This document shows, piece by piece, positions 38,613-47,539 of a DNA stretch of 64,000 nt. Source of the DNA: Oscillospiraceae bacterium. GTDB taxonomy: Bacteria; Bacillota; Clostridia; Oscillospirales; CAG-272. Made by a program: the position numbers and the translations under genes. The stretch's first letter is position 1, and every line of letters starts with the position of its first letter. The stretch lies in NCBI GenBank assembly GCA_015064185.1, contig SVSS01000004.1:7347-71346 (forward strand), given 5' to 3'. The notes under the pieces were generated by a model. It worked only from the letters and a program-made list of their open reading frames with translations. It was not told the DNA's origin and ran no database searches.

Positions 38613-39164
38613 ATGGGTTGGGAAGCACTTGAAAATGAATGCAAAAGCTGTCATAAATGTGCCCTTGGCGATACGCGCACAAACTGCGTATTTGGCACAG
38701 GAAGCCGCACGGCAGAGCTGATGTTTGTGGGCGAAGCCCCCGGTGAGCAGGAGGATCTTTCGGGCACTCCCTTTGTAGGGCGCGCCGGAAAGCTGTTAGA
38801 TCAGTTTTTAGATGCCGTGGACATTCCGCGTGAAAAAGTGTATATTGCAAACATACTAAAATGCCGTCCGCCGCAAAACCGCGATCCTTCTCCTGCGGAG
38901 GAGGAGGCGTGCATTGGGTATCTATACGAGCAGATGCGCCTCATTCGCCCAAAGGTGATCGTTTGCCTTGGCAGAATTGCCGCCATGAAGCTGATCAAGC
39001 CCGATTTCCGTATTACAAAAGAGCACGGCGAATGGTTTTTGAAGGGCGATCATTTGATGACTGCCGTCTACCACCCCGCTTACCTGTTGCGTGACCCCCG
39101 AAAAAAAGAGGATATGCTGACCGACATGAAGCGGCTTCGCGCCAAGCTTGATGAAATGAATTGA
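38613..39164 (+). CDS. Uracil-DNA glycosylase, family 4
   Basis: CKSCHKC..C cysteine cluster, GEAPGEQED motif, and the HPA(Y)LLR C-terminal motif. Confidence 0.9.
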   Translation: MGWEALENECKSCHKCALGDTRTNCVFGTGSRTAELMFVGEAPGEQEDLSGTPFVGRAGKLLDQFLDAVDIPREKVYIANILKCRPPQNRDPSPAEEEACIGYLYEQMRLIRPKVIVCLGRIAAMKLIKPDFRITKEHGEWFLKGDHLMTAVYHPAYLLRDPRKKEDMLTDMKRLRAKLDEMN

Positions 39165-39172
39165 GGTGCAAA

Positions 39173-40138
39173 ATGGATCTTACTACCTTTTTTAACCTTT
39201 TAACTATCATTGGCGTTCTTTTCCTTGTGATGATAGTAGGTTTTTTCTGTCGCAAGCGAGGCATTATCAACGACGTTTCCTCAAACCGCATGTCAAAGCT
39301 GATTATCGAGGTGGGGCAGCCTGCCCTCATCATCGGCTCGCTTGCCGGCAAGCAGTTTAGCTGGGAGCTTCTTCGCGAGGCGCTTGTTTACCTTTGCATT
39401 GGATTTTTGCTTCACCCCTTGATGAGCTTGATCGGCCTCATGTTCGGTCGCATCTTTCCCGATTTTGAGGAAAGAAAGCTTTCGGTATTTGCACTTACCT
39501 TCACCAATGCCGCTTTCATCGGCTTCCCCATTCTTGCGGCAGTGTTCCCCACAAACGGCGTTTTCTACGGCTCGTTTTTCATCATCGGCTTCCATGTATA
39601 TATGTGGACCTTCGGTATTTGGCTTCTCTCACGAGGGCGTGATGACATCAAGCTGACTCCCAAAAAAGCTATCATTAATTTTGGCACAATTCCCTGTATG
39701 ATAGGCCTTGGGCTTTATCTTTTGAAGGCGGTTTTGCCAATGCCCGCGCTCTTGCTTGATTGCTGCACTTACCTTGGCAACCTTTGCATGCCCATTTCGG
39801 TGCTGATTACGGGCGCACTCATTGCAACACAGGATCTGCGTGCCATTTTAAAAAGCCCACGCCTATATATTTTTAATGCGGTTAAGCTGATCGGCTTACC
39901 GATTATCGTTTGCCTGATTGCAAAGCTTGTTACACTCGGCTTTTCAAACAGCTACGAGCTTGTCATGTTTTGCACCGTGATCTCGGCACTGCCAAGCGCC
40001 TCTACCGTGGCAATGCTGGCAGAGCTTTATCACATCAAGCCCGGCTATGCAGCGCAGGCTGTTGGCTCGTCATCGCTGTTTTCGGTTGCCACGCTCCCCT
40101 TGCTATATTTTATCGGTGATTTTGTGGCAAAATTATAA
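39173..40138 (+). CDS. AEC-family (auxin efflux carrier) transporter
   Basis: About 10 transmembrane segments with family-typical N-terminus. Start set at the ATG at 39173, preceded by GAGGTG. The track start at 39161 is a TTG overlapping the udg stop. Confidence 0.8.
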   Translation: MDLTTFFNLLTIIGVLFLVMIVGFFCRKRGIINDVSSNRMSKLIIEVGQPALIIGSLAGKQFSWELLREALVYLCIGFLLHPLMSLIGLMFGRIFPDFEERKLSVFALTFTNAAFIGFPILAAVFPTNGVFYGSFFIIGFHVYMWTFGIWLLSRGRDDIKLTPKKAIINFGTIPCMIGLGLYLLKAVLPMPALLLDCCTYLGNLCMPISVLITGALIATQDLRAILKSPRLYIFNAVKLIGLPIIVCLIAKLVTLGFSNSYELVMFCTVISALPSASTVAMLAELYHIKPGYAAQAVGSSSLFSVATLPLLYFIGDFVAKL

Positions 40139-40145
40139 TAAAAGC

Positions 40146-40179
40146 AAAAAAAGAACCGCCGGTTGGCGGTTCTTTTTTT
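40146..40179. terminator. Bidirectional intrinsic terminator (first of three stacked hairpins)
   Basis: A7-GAACCGCC-GGTT-GGCGGTTC-T7. Further hairpins at 40183-40216 (CCCCCTCGCA/TGCGAGGGGG) and 40218-40236 (GTGCGCC/GGCGCAC). Confidence 0.8.
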
Positions 40180-40255
40180 GCTCCCCCTCGCATCACGCTT
40201 GTGTGCTGCGAGGGGGGGTGCGCCGTTGCGGCGCACCGCTTATAGATAAATACTA

Positions 40256-40354
40256 TTATTCGATAAATCCTAAGGGGAATACAATTTCCGATAGTAGGAT
40301 CTCATCTCCAAAGGTATCACGCTTGTATTCTCGATTTACTTCCTCAAGCTCGCG
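40256..40354 (-). other. In-frame 32-codon open extension after the stop of the 1601-aa gene, containing a second copy of the C-terminal tail motif
   Basis: After TAA (40355-40357) the same frame reads RELEEVNREYKRDTFGDEILLSEIVFPLGFIE and then TAA (40256-40258). DTFGDEILLSEI lies at 40283-40318. Confidence 0.6.
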
Positions 40355-43300
40355 TTACCCCGCCAGAGTAATCTCCGGCAACAAGATCTCATCGCCAAAA
40401 ATATCGAAGGCACAGTCATCGCCCACATACGGAGCTTGCTCAGGCAACGTGGTGTCAGAGAAGTAATTGCCACGCCACAAAAGATATCCGGAGCCTGTGT
40501 ATATGGTGGCAGATTGGTTGGTGGAGAAATCATATCCAACAAAATAACCCGTTCCATAGGAAAGCTCAGATGTTTTGCCCGCGTTTGTAAGACCAGCCAA
40601 AAACGCATTTGCCTCGCTTAACACCTCGGCTGCAGTATTAGCCGCACCAAGACCGGCAACGCCGTCCTTGGTAAAGGTCATAGTGGGGTTATACCCTTCA
40701 CCGCTTGCCAAGGAAAGCGCACGGCTCGTTAAAATGTAACGCCAGCGCGTATTTTGGATCATCTCCAGATTTTCAAGAGCAACTCTATCCGCAGAATTGT
40801 TCTTAGTCTTGCTTTGCGCAGCAGCGGATGTGTTTTGCCACAGAATAATCTGAGCATTGATAAGCTGATAAAGCTCACCTTCGCCACCCGTACCGTGATG
40901 TGCAATCATCATGATATTAGATTCAAGATATCTGCCGTAGGTGGCGCGCAAGACTCTTGCGGTACGTGCATAAATATCACCCAGTGACATTGCGCTGATC
41001 TTTGAGGCTGCCACGGTATTTGCACTCACGGTATTACCGTTTTCCACATCGTGTGCATGTACGGTCAAGCGTATCACCGCGCAAGCGTTATTAAAAGCTT
41101 GCATTGACCAAGGATGCATATCCTCGGGTGTAAACATGACCTCAAATTCAAGGTTGCCAACAAAGAATTTTTGACCGGTGTGCACGATATAAAAGGGGAC
41201 GGGATCGTTTGCGCCGTTTGAAGTACCTTTATACCAATTTGCCGTTCCAAGCCTGTTCTCTATATTCAAATTAATAGAATGTGCATTATAGGACTCCTCG
41301 CTTGACGGGAAATTGCCAATAATAGCGTCAACCACGACTGTGGAACCAAAATAACTCTTTTTGGAAAATGCATTGAGCAGACCCACGTGGTCACCGTGGC
41401 CGTGCGTGAGATACCATGCAGCAATACGGACGGGGGCTTCTTCTGAGGGGTTTGTGCCGTATATGCCTTTATAAAGCGCCTTTAATACATTGGCGAAATT
41501 TGTAACCTCAGCCGACGTACCGTTGCCGCCGTCAACCACAACAAAGGAACCGTCCTCAAGCGTGTAAACATAGCATCCGGCTGAGCCAAGCTGTACCACG
41601 GTAAGCTTGGAATCGGTAACCTTTTGGTAAGACTGTTTGGTAAGGAAGTTTTGAGGCAGAATATGGTTCACGTAAGAAACACTATCGTTGATTCTCGAGG
41701 AAATAACACGCAGCGTCGGGGTAAACATTTCAGCAAGCGTGGTGTCTTCATTCAGTTCCTGATTAGATGCATGCTTATACATATTGTACATAACATGGAG
41801 CATAATGCCCTCTCCGTTGTTTGCCGTACGATTCACATACGTCACAAAGTAACTATCCTCAACAACACGCTCTTCCATATATACAGTATATCCGTTTTGC
41901 TGTAGCTTTTGGCAGTAAAGGTAGTAATTTTCAAAGGTGGCGTCAAGATAGTAAAGCTCAAGCTCGCCACAAGATACGTTTACCGCACCCGAGAGCGCAA
42001 GATCATCAGGGCGAGGATACTCGGTAATAAGCTGCCCCAACTCTTCTGCAACATTGCCGGCTCCGGTAGCATTTGTAACGCTATCAAAAGCACCTGTAAA
42101 GCCGTCGCTGTTGCCTTTCTCAAACTCAAATTCGGCAGGGATGGCATACACATCTGCCGTGCCGTCACCGTTAAGATCTAAAGCATAATCGCCAAGATCG
42201 GCAAGGAAAAGGCTCTTTGCCAGACGCAACGTCGTGTCATCATACGAGGTAATTACAACGTTACCGTCCTTTATGAAATAGCCGTAATATCCTACGTCCT
42301 TTTCGCCCGCAAGCAAAAGCTCGCGCGCAAGATCGGTAAGACCGACGTGAATTGAACCTGCACTCGTGGCAAGATTATCCGGCACATAAGCGAAATGAAA
42401 GCCTGCGTTGAAGCTACCGCCCATAAGTGCCGCGCCGATCTCCATTGCCGCATACAAGGGATAATCAAGGCCGATATTGTCATTGTTTGCATCATTGTTA
42501 TACAGATGATTGCCGCTGCTGTTAAAGCCTTGCCCTTGGTAATACTCCCCGGTGATGCTATAAAGGCTTAAGAAAATGTTATAGGCGCGCATATCACGCG
42601 TGTGCGAGTAAACAATGGGCGTTTCCGAATTGAGAACGGTCATCTGTATGTTGGAGGCAACGATCTCGGTGAGATCAAACGCGGCGCCATTTGCCGCTTG
42701 GCAGATTGTCTCAAACACGTTAAGTGCGTGCATGGTAAGTGCCTCGTTACTACCTGCAATCACAATGCTGTCTCCAACCACGCCGATATAGTAGCCGTAG
42801 CCCTCTACCTCAGCAAGTGCTTGTCTTACGGTAGTGCCCGTGCTCCCCACCAAAAGGGGCGTGCCAGTAGTACCGTAGCCACAATTTTCAAGCGTTTGCA
42901 CAAGGGCCGTTGCCTTATTTTGCAGGTTAGTGCCCACCGTACCGTCAAAGGAAACGGCTGTGGCAGGCATTACACCTGAGGCGGTAGAAAGTGTGTGCGT
43001 ATAGTTGCTGCATTGGCGCAAAAGCTCCTGCTCTTGCGTTGTATATGCGCTGTAAGAGCCTGGCTTATAAAGAGATGGATATCCCGACTCTACCGTGGTC
43101 GTATACTCCTTTTTGGCAACATTCGCCATGGTATGTGCGTTTTTTGCCACATCATAGGTGCTATAATAATACGTGCCGTCTACAACTACGTAAGAAACTG
43201 CGGCATAAGCACGCTCACAGCTGTTCAGGTTTATCAATCCCCCGTTAAAGCTGATGCTTCCACTCTCCGGGTCTTGCACAATGCTTTCATTTGCGGGAAT

Positions 43301-45160
43301 ATCCACGTAAGGGATGTCAACATTGGCAGAAGCGTTCCAGTTATTCAGCTTGCTGTGCGTAAAGCCGCCTGCGGCTGCAACATATTCTGCAGGTGCGATA
43401 AGCGTGCCAAAGGTATAATCTTCACCAAAGATATATCCCATTTGGGTCAAGGCATCCACAACCGAGCCGGGGATAACAGAGGTAAAAACAAATCCCGGCG
43501 TCAAATCTGCAAGCGTAACGGTTGCGCCATCAACCATAATCGGAGAATACGTAGTATCGGTATTCCCTTCATATGCCTTATAACAATAATAATTGGAGCC
43601 GTTGTATTGCACAAGAACCGTGCTTTGTGCAAACGGCACATCCTCGCCAATTACATCATTCCGATCTATTACATAGGTCTTGATATGGCGAGAAAGCAGC
43701 ACCGCATCAGTAATCACGACCTCGGAATTACCGACACTTACATCGATCAGCGGAGAAACGCTTGTACTTTCATTGATGAACACACCGCCGCTAAGCAAAA
43801 TGTCCACATCGCAAAGAAAATACGTTTGTGTGGGATCTGCATAATTTTCGGCATTCAATTCATCAATATCGATGCCAACCGAGGTGCGCAGCAGCACGCC
43901 ACCGCTTATTCCGGTGCTTTCCTCAATTTTAAATGTGCCGCCCGTAATTTCAAAGCGATCTCCCTTATCCTTTCTAAGCGCAACATCAAACAAAATATTG
44001 CCTTGCGTGGTAAAGGTGCCGCCACTCACACAAATATTGCCTGCACAAGCGTAAAATAGCGCATTGGAAGCATCAACCGCCCCTGTAAAAATACCGTTGG
44101 TAATGGATACAGGGATTGCACATTTAACAGTCAACACGCGCCCTGCGTTAGCAACGTTAAACGTGCCACCCTCAATAGTTAGACTTTTTGCACTATCGAC
44201 AAATAACGCCACACCCTTGTTTTGAATGTCAAAAATACCGCCTTCAACAGTTAAGGTATCGTCAACTCCATTCAAATAGACCGCAGCACCACCATCAGAG
44301 AGGACCGTAAAGCTACCCCCTTCGATTACAATATCAGTAGCAGTAACCAATTTTTGGTTCACAATATCCGCCGAGCCGATAAAGCTACCGCCTGTAATGG
44401 TAAGCGTGCCGGATCGCATATCTATTATCGTGTCTACGTGACAGGAGAACGTACCGCCCGTGATCTTAACCGAAGCGCTACCGCTGTTCCCGTAAACCAC
44501 AGCAAAGCTCTTGCTGGAATCATCCCTATTATCTAAAATAAAATTACCGCCGTTTATTTCAAGATAGGTCGATCCTCGATTTACGTAAAACAAATATTCT
44601 TCTGCCGCAGCGGTATTTCTGTTAAAAGTACCGTTGTTGATATAAATGTTTGAGCCTGCTAAATAAGAACTGCCTGCTGCTCCGATAGCACCGTAAAAGG
44701 TGCCGCCATTGACGTTAAGCGTTGCATGTCCTTGCACACCAATAGCCAGCCCGCTTCTTGAAGCGCTGCCACTTGAGCTGATCGTTGTGCCGCCCTCAAC
44801 CGTTACAACCGTGGTTTGGTATTTTACCATAACAGCCGTTGTTTGGAGCGCTGTTATAGAAATATCACGAAGTGTAACCTCGCCCGCCTCAATAATCAAG
44901 CCCCCTGCTGTAAATGTAACAGTAACACCCGAGCTGCCGCAAAGCGTATAGGCTTTATCCGCATTAAGGACAAAATCCTCAGAAAGCGCTATATCAGCAG
45001 TTACCATAATGGTATCCCCGTCAACAACACTGCTAACTGCGTTTTGGAGCTCTGCCTGTGTGCCTACCTCATGCACCGTAGCTGACGCTGCAACAGCAGT
45101 TACCACAAGCATTAAAACGACCAAAAACAAAAACAAAATTAAGCGTGTTTGTTTTTTCAT
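40355..45160 (-). CDS. Giant Sec-exported protein: beta-helix-like GGxF repeats, ComEC-type MBL domain and DIFGDEILLPE tail (family paralog C, 1601 aa)
   Basis: Signal peptide MKKQTRLILFLFLVVLMLVVTAVAASAT. Many I/V-x-GG-x-F repeats. THGHGDH at 41387-41404. The tail ends AFDIFGDEILLPEITLAG. Start at the ATG at 45160 (AAGGAGAA upstream), homologous to the starts of paralogs D and E. Confidence 0.88.
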   Translation of the reverse strand: MKKQTRLILFLFLVVLMLVVTAVAASATVHEVGTQAELQNAVSSVVDGDTIMVTADIALSEDFVLNADKAYTLCGSSGVTVTFTAGGLIIEAGEVTLRDISITALQTTAVMVKYQTTVVTVEGGTTISSSGSASRSGLAIGVQGHATLNVNGGTFYGAIGAAGSSYLAGSNIYINNGTFNRNTAAAEEYLFYVNRGSTYLEINGGNFILDNRDDSSKSFAVVYGNSGSASVKITGGTFSCHVDTIIDMRSGTLTITGGSFIGSADIVNQKLVTATDIVIEGGSFTVLSDGGAAVYLNGVDDTLTVEGGIFDIQNKGVALFVDSAKSLTIEGGTFNVANAGRVLTVKCAIPVSITNGIFTGAVDASNALFYACAGNICVSGGTFTTQGNILFDVALRKDKGDRFEITGGTFKIEESTGISGGVLLRTSVGIDIDELNAENYADPTQTYFLCDVDILLSGGVFINESTSVSPLIDVSVGNSEVVITDAVLLSRHIKTYVIDRNDVIGEDVPFAQSTVLVQYNGSNYYCYKAYEGNTDTTYSPIMVDGATVTLADLTPGFVFTSVIPGSVVDALTQMGYIFGEDYTFGTLIAPAEYVAAAGGFTHSKLNNWNASANVDIPYVDIPANESIVQDPESGSISFNGGLINLNSCERAYAAVSYVVVDGTYYYSTYDVAKNAHTMANVAKKEYTTTVESGYPSLYKPGSYSAYTTQEQELLRQCSNYTHTLSTASGVMPATAVSFDGTVGTNLQNKATALVQTLENCGYGTTGTPLLVGSTGTTVRQALAEVEGYGYYIGVVGDSIVIAGSNEALTMHALNVFETICQAANGAAFDLTEIVASNIQMTVLNSETPIVYSHTRDMRAYNIFLSLYSITGEYYQGQGFNSSGNHLYNNDANNDNIGLDYPLYAAMEIGAALMGGSFNAGFHFAYVPDNLATSAGSIHVGLTDLARELLLAGEKDVGYYGYFIKDGNVVITSYDDTTLRLAKSLFLADLGDYALDLNGDGTADVYAIPAEFEFEKGNSDGFTGAFDSVTNATGAGNVAEELGQLITEYPRPDDLALSGAVNVSCGELELYYLDATFENYYLYCQKLQQNGYTVYMEERVVEDSYFVTYVNRTANNGEGIMLHVMYNMYKHASNQELNEDTTLAEMFTPTLRVISSRINDSVSYVNHILPQNFLTKQSYQKVTDSKLTVVQLGSAGCYVYTLEDGSFVVVDGGNGTSAEVTNFANVLKALYKGIYGTNPSEEAPVRIAAWYLTHGHGDHVGLLNAFSKKSYFGSTVVVDAIIGNFPSSEESYNAHSINLNIENRLGTANWYKGTSNGANDPVPFYIVHTGQKFFVGNLEFEVMFTPEDMHPWSMQAFNNACAVIRLTVHAHDVENGNTVSANTVAASKISAMSLGDIYARTARVLRATYGRYLESNIMMIAHHGTGGEGELYQLINAQIILWQNTSAAAQSKTKNNSADRVALENLEMIQNTRWRYILTSRALSLASGEGYNPTMTFTKDGVAGLGAANTAAEVLSEANAFLAGLTNAGKTSELSYGTGYFVGYDFSTNQSATIYTGSGYLLWRGNYFSDTTLPEQAPYVGDDCAFDIFGDEILLPEITLAG

Positions 45161-45217
45161 ACCTCTGTTCTCCTTTTCCATAATTTTAAACTCTAGCACA
45201 AATGGTGCTATATGGGA

Positions 45218-45246
45218 ATTATACCATTATTTTCCATTTGTGTCAA
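45218..45246 (-). promoter_or_regulatory. Consensus sigma-A promoter of giant gene C
   Basis: On the minus strand: TTGACA (45241-45246), 17-nt spacer, TGGTATAAT (extended -10; TATAAT at 45218-45223). Confidence 0.6.
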
Positions 45247-45382
45247 TTCGTATGTGTATTTTCTCTGTTTTAACCAATTTTTACCATTTAATTGGGCTTG
45301 TTCTCCGATACACTTTGATTTTTCTCTTGTTACGCTTCATCTATTTATATACTGATGTTTTTATCAAGTTGTCATTTTAAAC

Positions 45383-45427
45383 AAAAAAACACCCGCCGAT
45401 ATCTGTCTTAGACAAATATCGGCGGGT
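45383..45427 (-). terminator. Intrinsic terminator after the GerA-family/small-protein operon
   Basis: Long stem ACCCGCCGATAT.TGTC/GACA.ATATCGGCGGGT (45391-45427), followed on the minus strand by T7. Confidence 0.75.
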
Positions 45428-45432
45428 TGAAG

Positions 45433-45939
45433 TTATTTGGCGAGCAACATTTCTCGCATGCAAGTATAAAACACATCGTATGCGGTAAGGTCTTTAGGTT
45501 CAAAGCAAAAGGCGGTGCCGTCAGCATAAAAGTAGAGCGCGCTTTCGGTAAAATACAGCGACTCATACTCCCCTGCCACAGTTCTTATTTGCCATTTCGT
45601 ATCCCAAGCACCCTCTATCATGGCAATATTGTCGGCATTGGTAAAGCCTGCTTCCTCAACAACTACAAGCTTTTCTCGAAGCAAGCGCACCTCCTCGCCC
45701 GTGAGCATGATCTGCACACCGCGATCTGCAATCGCCCCTTGTGATTCCATGAGGGGATCGGAGAGCAGCATGCGCTCATATTCAGCCGTTAAAAGAAGCT
45801 CTACGCGCTCTCGCAAGATCTTATTCTCGCGCAATCGCGGCACAAAAATGGTAAAAAATATAATGATCAGCGCCAGCGCGAGTATCACAATGCCTGCTAC
45901 CGTAACACCCACATTTTTACTTTTAAGCGTTTTTTGCAT
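45433..45939 (-). CDS. Small single-pass membrane protein of unknown function, probably co-transcribed with the GerA-family gene
   Basis: 168 aa from the ATG at 45939 (GGGGTGA RBS). One N-terminal transmembrane segment (VGVTVAGIVILALALIIIFFTIFV). No recognisable motif. Confidence 0.55.
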   Translation of the reverse strand: MQKTLKSKNVGVTVAGIVILALALIIIFFTIFVPRLRENKILRERVELLLTAEYERMLLSDPLMESQGAIADRGVQIMLTGEEVRLLREKLVVVEEAGFTNADNIAMIEGAWDTKWQIRTVAGEYESLYFTESALYFYADGTAFCFEPKDLTAYDVFYTCMREMLLAK

Positions 45940-45993
45940 ACCATCACCCCACTTTTCATGCTTGATATAGTATAGCACGGCGCGGTAGCAAAG

Positions 45994-47397
45994 TCAAGAT
46001 TGCTTTTTTCGCCTCACAAAAAGCGAAAGTAGGGCCTTAGCAGAAAATGGGATCAGTGGGTAAAGATAACTATGCTCCCCATTCACGGTCTTATTGGATA
46101 CAATTAAGACAATGATCAAAAAGACACCTATCACAAATCCCCATATATTGAAAAACGCCGTCAGCGTGAGCAGCAGAATACGCATAAATTTAAGCGCGTA
46201 CCCAAGCTCAAAGCTTGTCTGGGTGAAGTTGGCGATTGCAACAAACGCCATATACAAAATCACCTCGGGGATGAGCCATCCCACGTCAACCGCAAAATCT
46301 CCGAGTATTAAGCCCCCCACCACTGACAAAGAATTTGCAAGCATATCGGGCGTATTCATTGATGCCATGCGCAACCCGTCAATGACAAATTCCGCAAGCA
46401 GCAGCTGCAAATAGATCGGTAGCTTTCCCCTGTTTTCGGGCAAGGCAAAGGAGAGCCATTCGGGCACATATTGCGGATTGAGCACGCCAAGGAACCAGAC
46501 GGGCGTCATAAAGAGCGTCAGCCAAAACACGGCATGTCGCACGGCGCGCAGATACGTACCCGTGAGAGGCGGCAAATAAAAGTCGCTGCTCTCCTGTAAA
46601 AAGTCAAAAATGGCAGTGGGCAGGATCATGGCGGCAGGCGAATTATCGATCAGCACGATCACACTTCCCTCAAGAAGATGCGCCGAGGCAACGTCGGGGC
46701 GCTCGGTATAGCGAATTTTGGGAAAGGGGTTATACCACCGTGATCTGATCAACGTTTCGGCAAGTGACTCGTGCCCCATGGTCAGTGCATCTGTTTTCAT
46801 GGTGGAAATTTTATCCTTGATATATTTTACCAGCTTAGGGTCAGCTCTGTCCTGCATATAGCAGATCACAATATCGCTTTTTGAAGCCTTGCCCATGGTC
46901 GTATAATGCATGGTAAGTGCTACGTCACGGATACGGCGGCGAATCAGCGCCGTGTTAAACACAAGGGTTTCCACAAAGCCGTCACGCGGGCCACGCATAA
47001 CACGGTCGTTTTCAGGCTCTGCCGTTTCGCGCGCGGGATACGTGCGCGCATCAATCACAAGCCCCTCAGAGCCAAACGTGCTGCCAAACAGCACGGTGGC
47101 ACCCGAAAGGATCATTTGAAACATCAATTCCGCGCTGCTTGTTACGTCACACTCGACATACGGCATATTACTTTCCAAAAATGCTGTAGCATCACGGGGT
47201 AATTCCTTTAAAGATAACAGATAGATGAAAAGTTTTTGCATAGCACCGTCCTTAATAAGACCGTCTACATAAAACAGGGTTATCTCGTCCTGCCCTATCT
47301 TTAGCACCTTTTTGATAATGTCAAAATTTTCCTTGACGCGGAGCGTTTCTTCAAACAGCGCTACATTCTCATGATAATTTTCTTTTAGTTTTTGCAT
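45994..47397 (-). CDS. GerA-family spore germination protein (GerAA/GerKA/SpoVAF-like A subunit)
   Basis: Family-typical core (DARTYPARETAEPENDRVMRGPRDGFVETLVFNTALIRRRI) and a C-terminal multi-pass membrane region. No adjacent B or C subunit genes. Confidence 0.88.
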   Translation of the reverse strand: MQKLKENYHENVALFEETLRVKENFDIIKKVLKIGQDEITLFYVDGLIKDGAMQKLFIYLLSLKELPRDATAFLESNMPYVECDVTSSAELMFQMILSGATVLFGSTFGSEGLVIDARTYPARETAEPENDRVMRGPRDGFVETLVFNTALIRRRIRDVALTMHYTTMGKASKSDIVICYMQDRADPKLVKYIKDKISTMKTDALTMGHESLAETLIRSRWYNPFPKIRYTERPDVASAHLLEGSVIVLIDNSPAAMILPTAIFDFLQESSDFYLPPLTGTYLRAVRHAVFWLTLFMTPVWFLGVLNPQYVPEWLSFALPENRGKLPIYLQLLLAEFVIDGLRMASMNTPDMLANSLSVVGGLILGDFAVDVGWLIPEVILYMAFVAIANFTQTSFELGYALKFMRILLLTLTAFFNIWGFVIGVFLIIVLIVSNKTVNGEHSYLYPLIPFSAKALLSLFVRRKKQS

Positions 47398-47454
47398 CGT
47401 TTCTCCTCCCTATTATCTACTAGGGTAGTATGTGCCATAAGCAACATATCTATG

Positions 47455-47483
47455 AAAAAAAGCACCCTTGCGGGTGCTTTTTT
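47455..47483. terminator. Bidirectional intrinsic terminator after giant gene D
   Basis: A7-GCACCC-TTGC-GGGTGC-T6. Confidence 0.8.
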
Positions 47484-47539
47484 ACATTGGTTAAATTTTT
47501 AGATGATGTGGAATTTCTCTTTTGTCAGATTCCACGAGA

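Noticed and set aside
40358-40378. LPEIT in the tail ..ILLPEITLAG as a sortase LPXTG signal
   Set aside because: The sequence is not LPXTG. It is not followed by a hydrophobic segment and basic tail. Paralogs D and E end LPEIR and LPELK.
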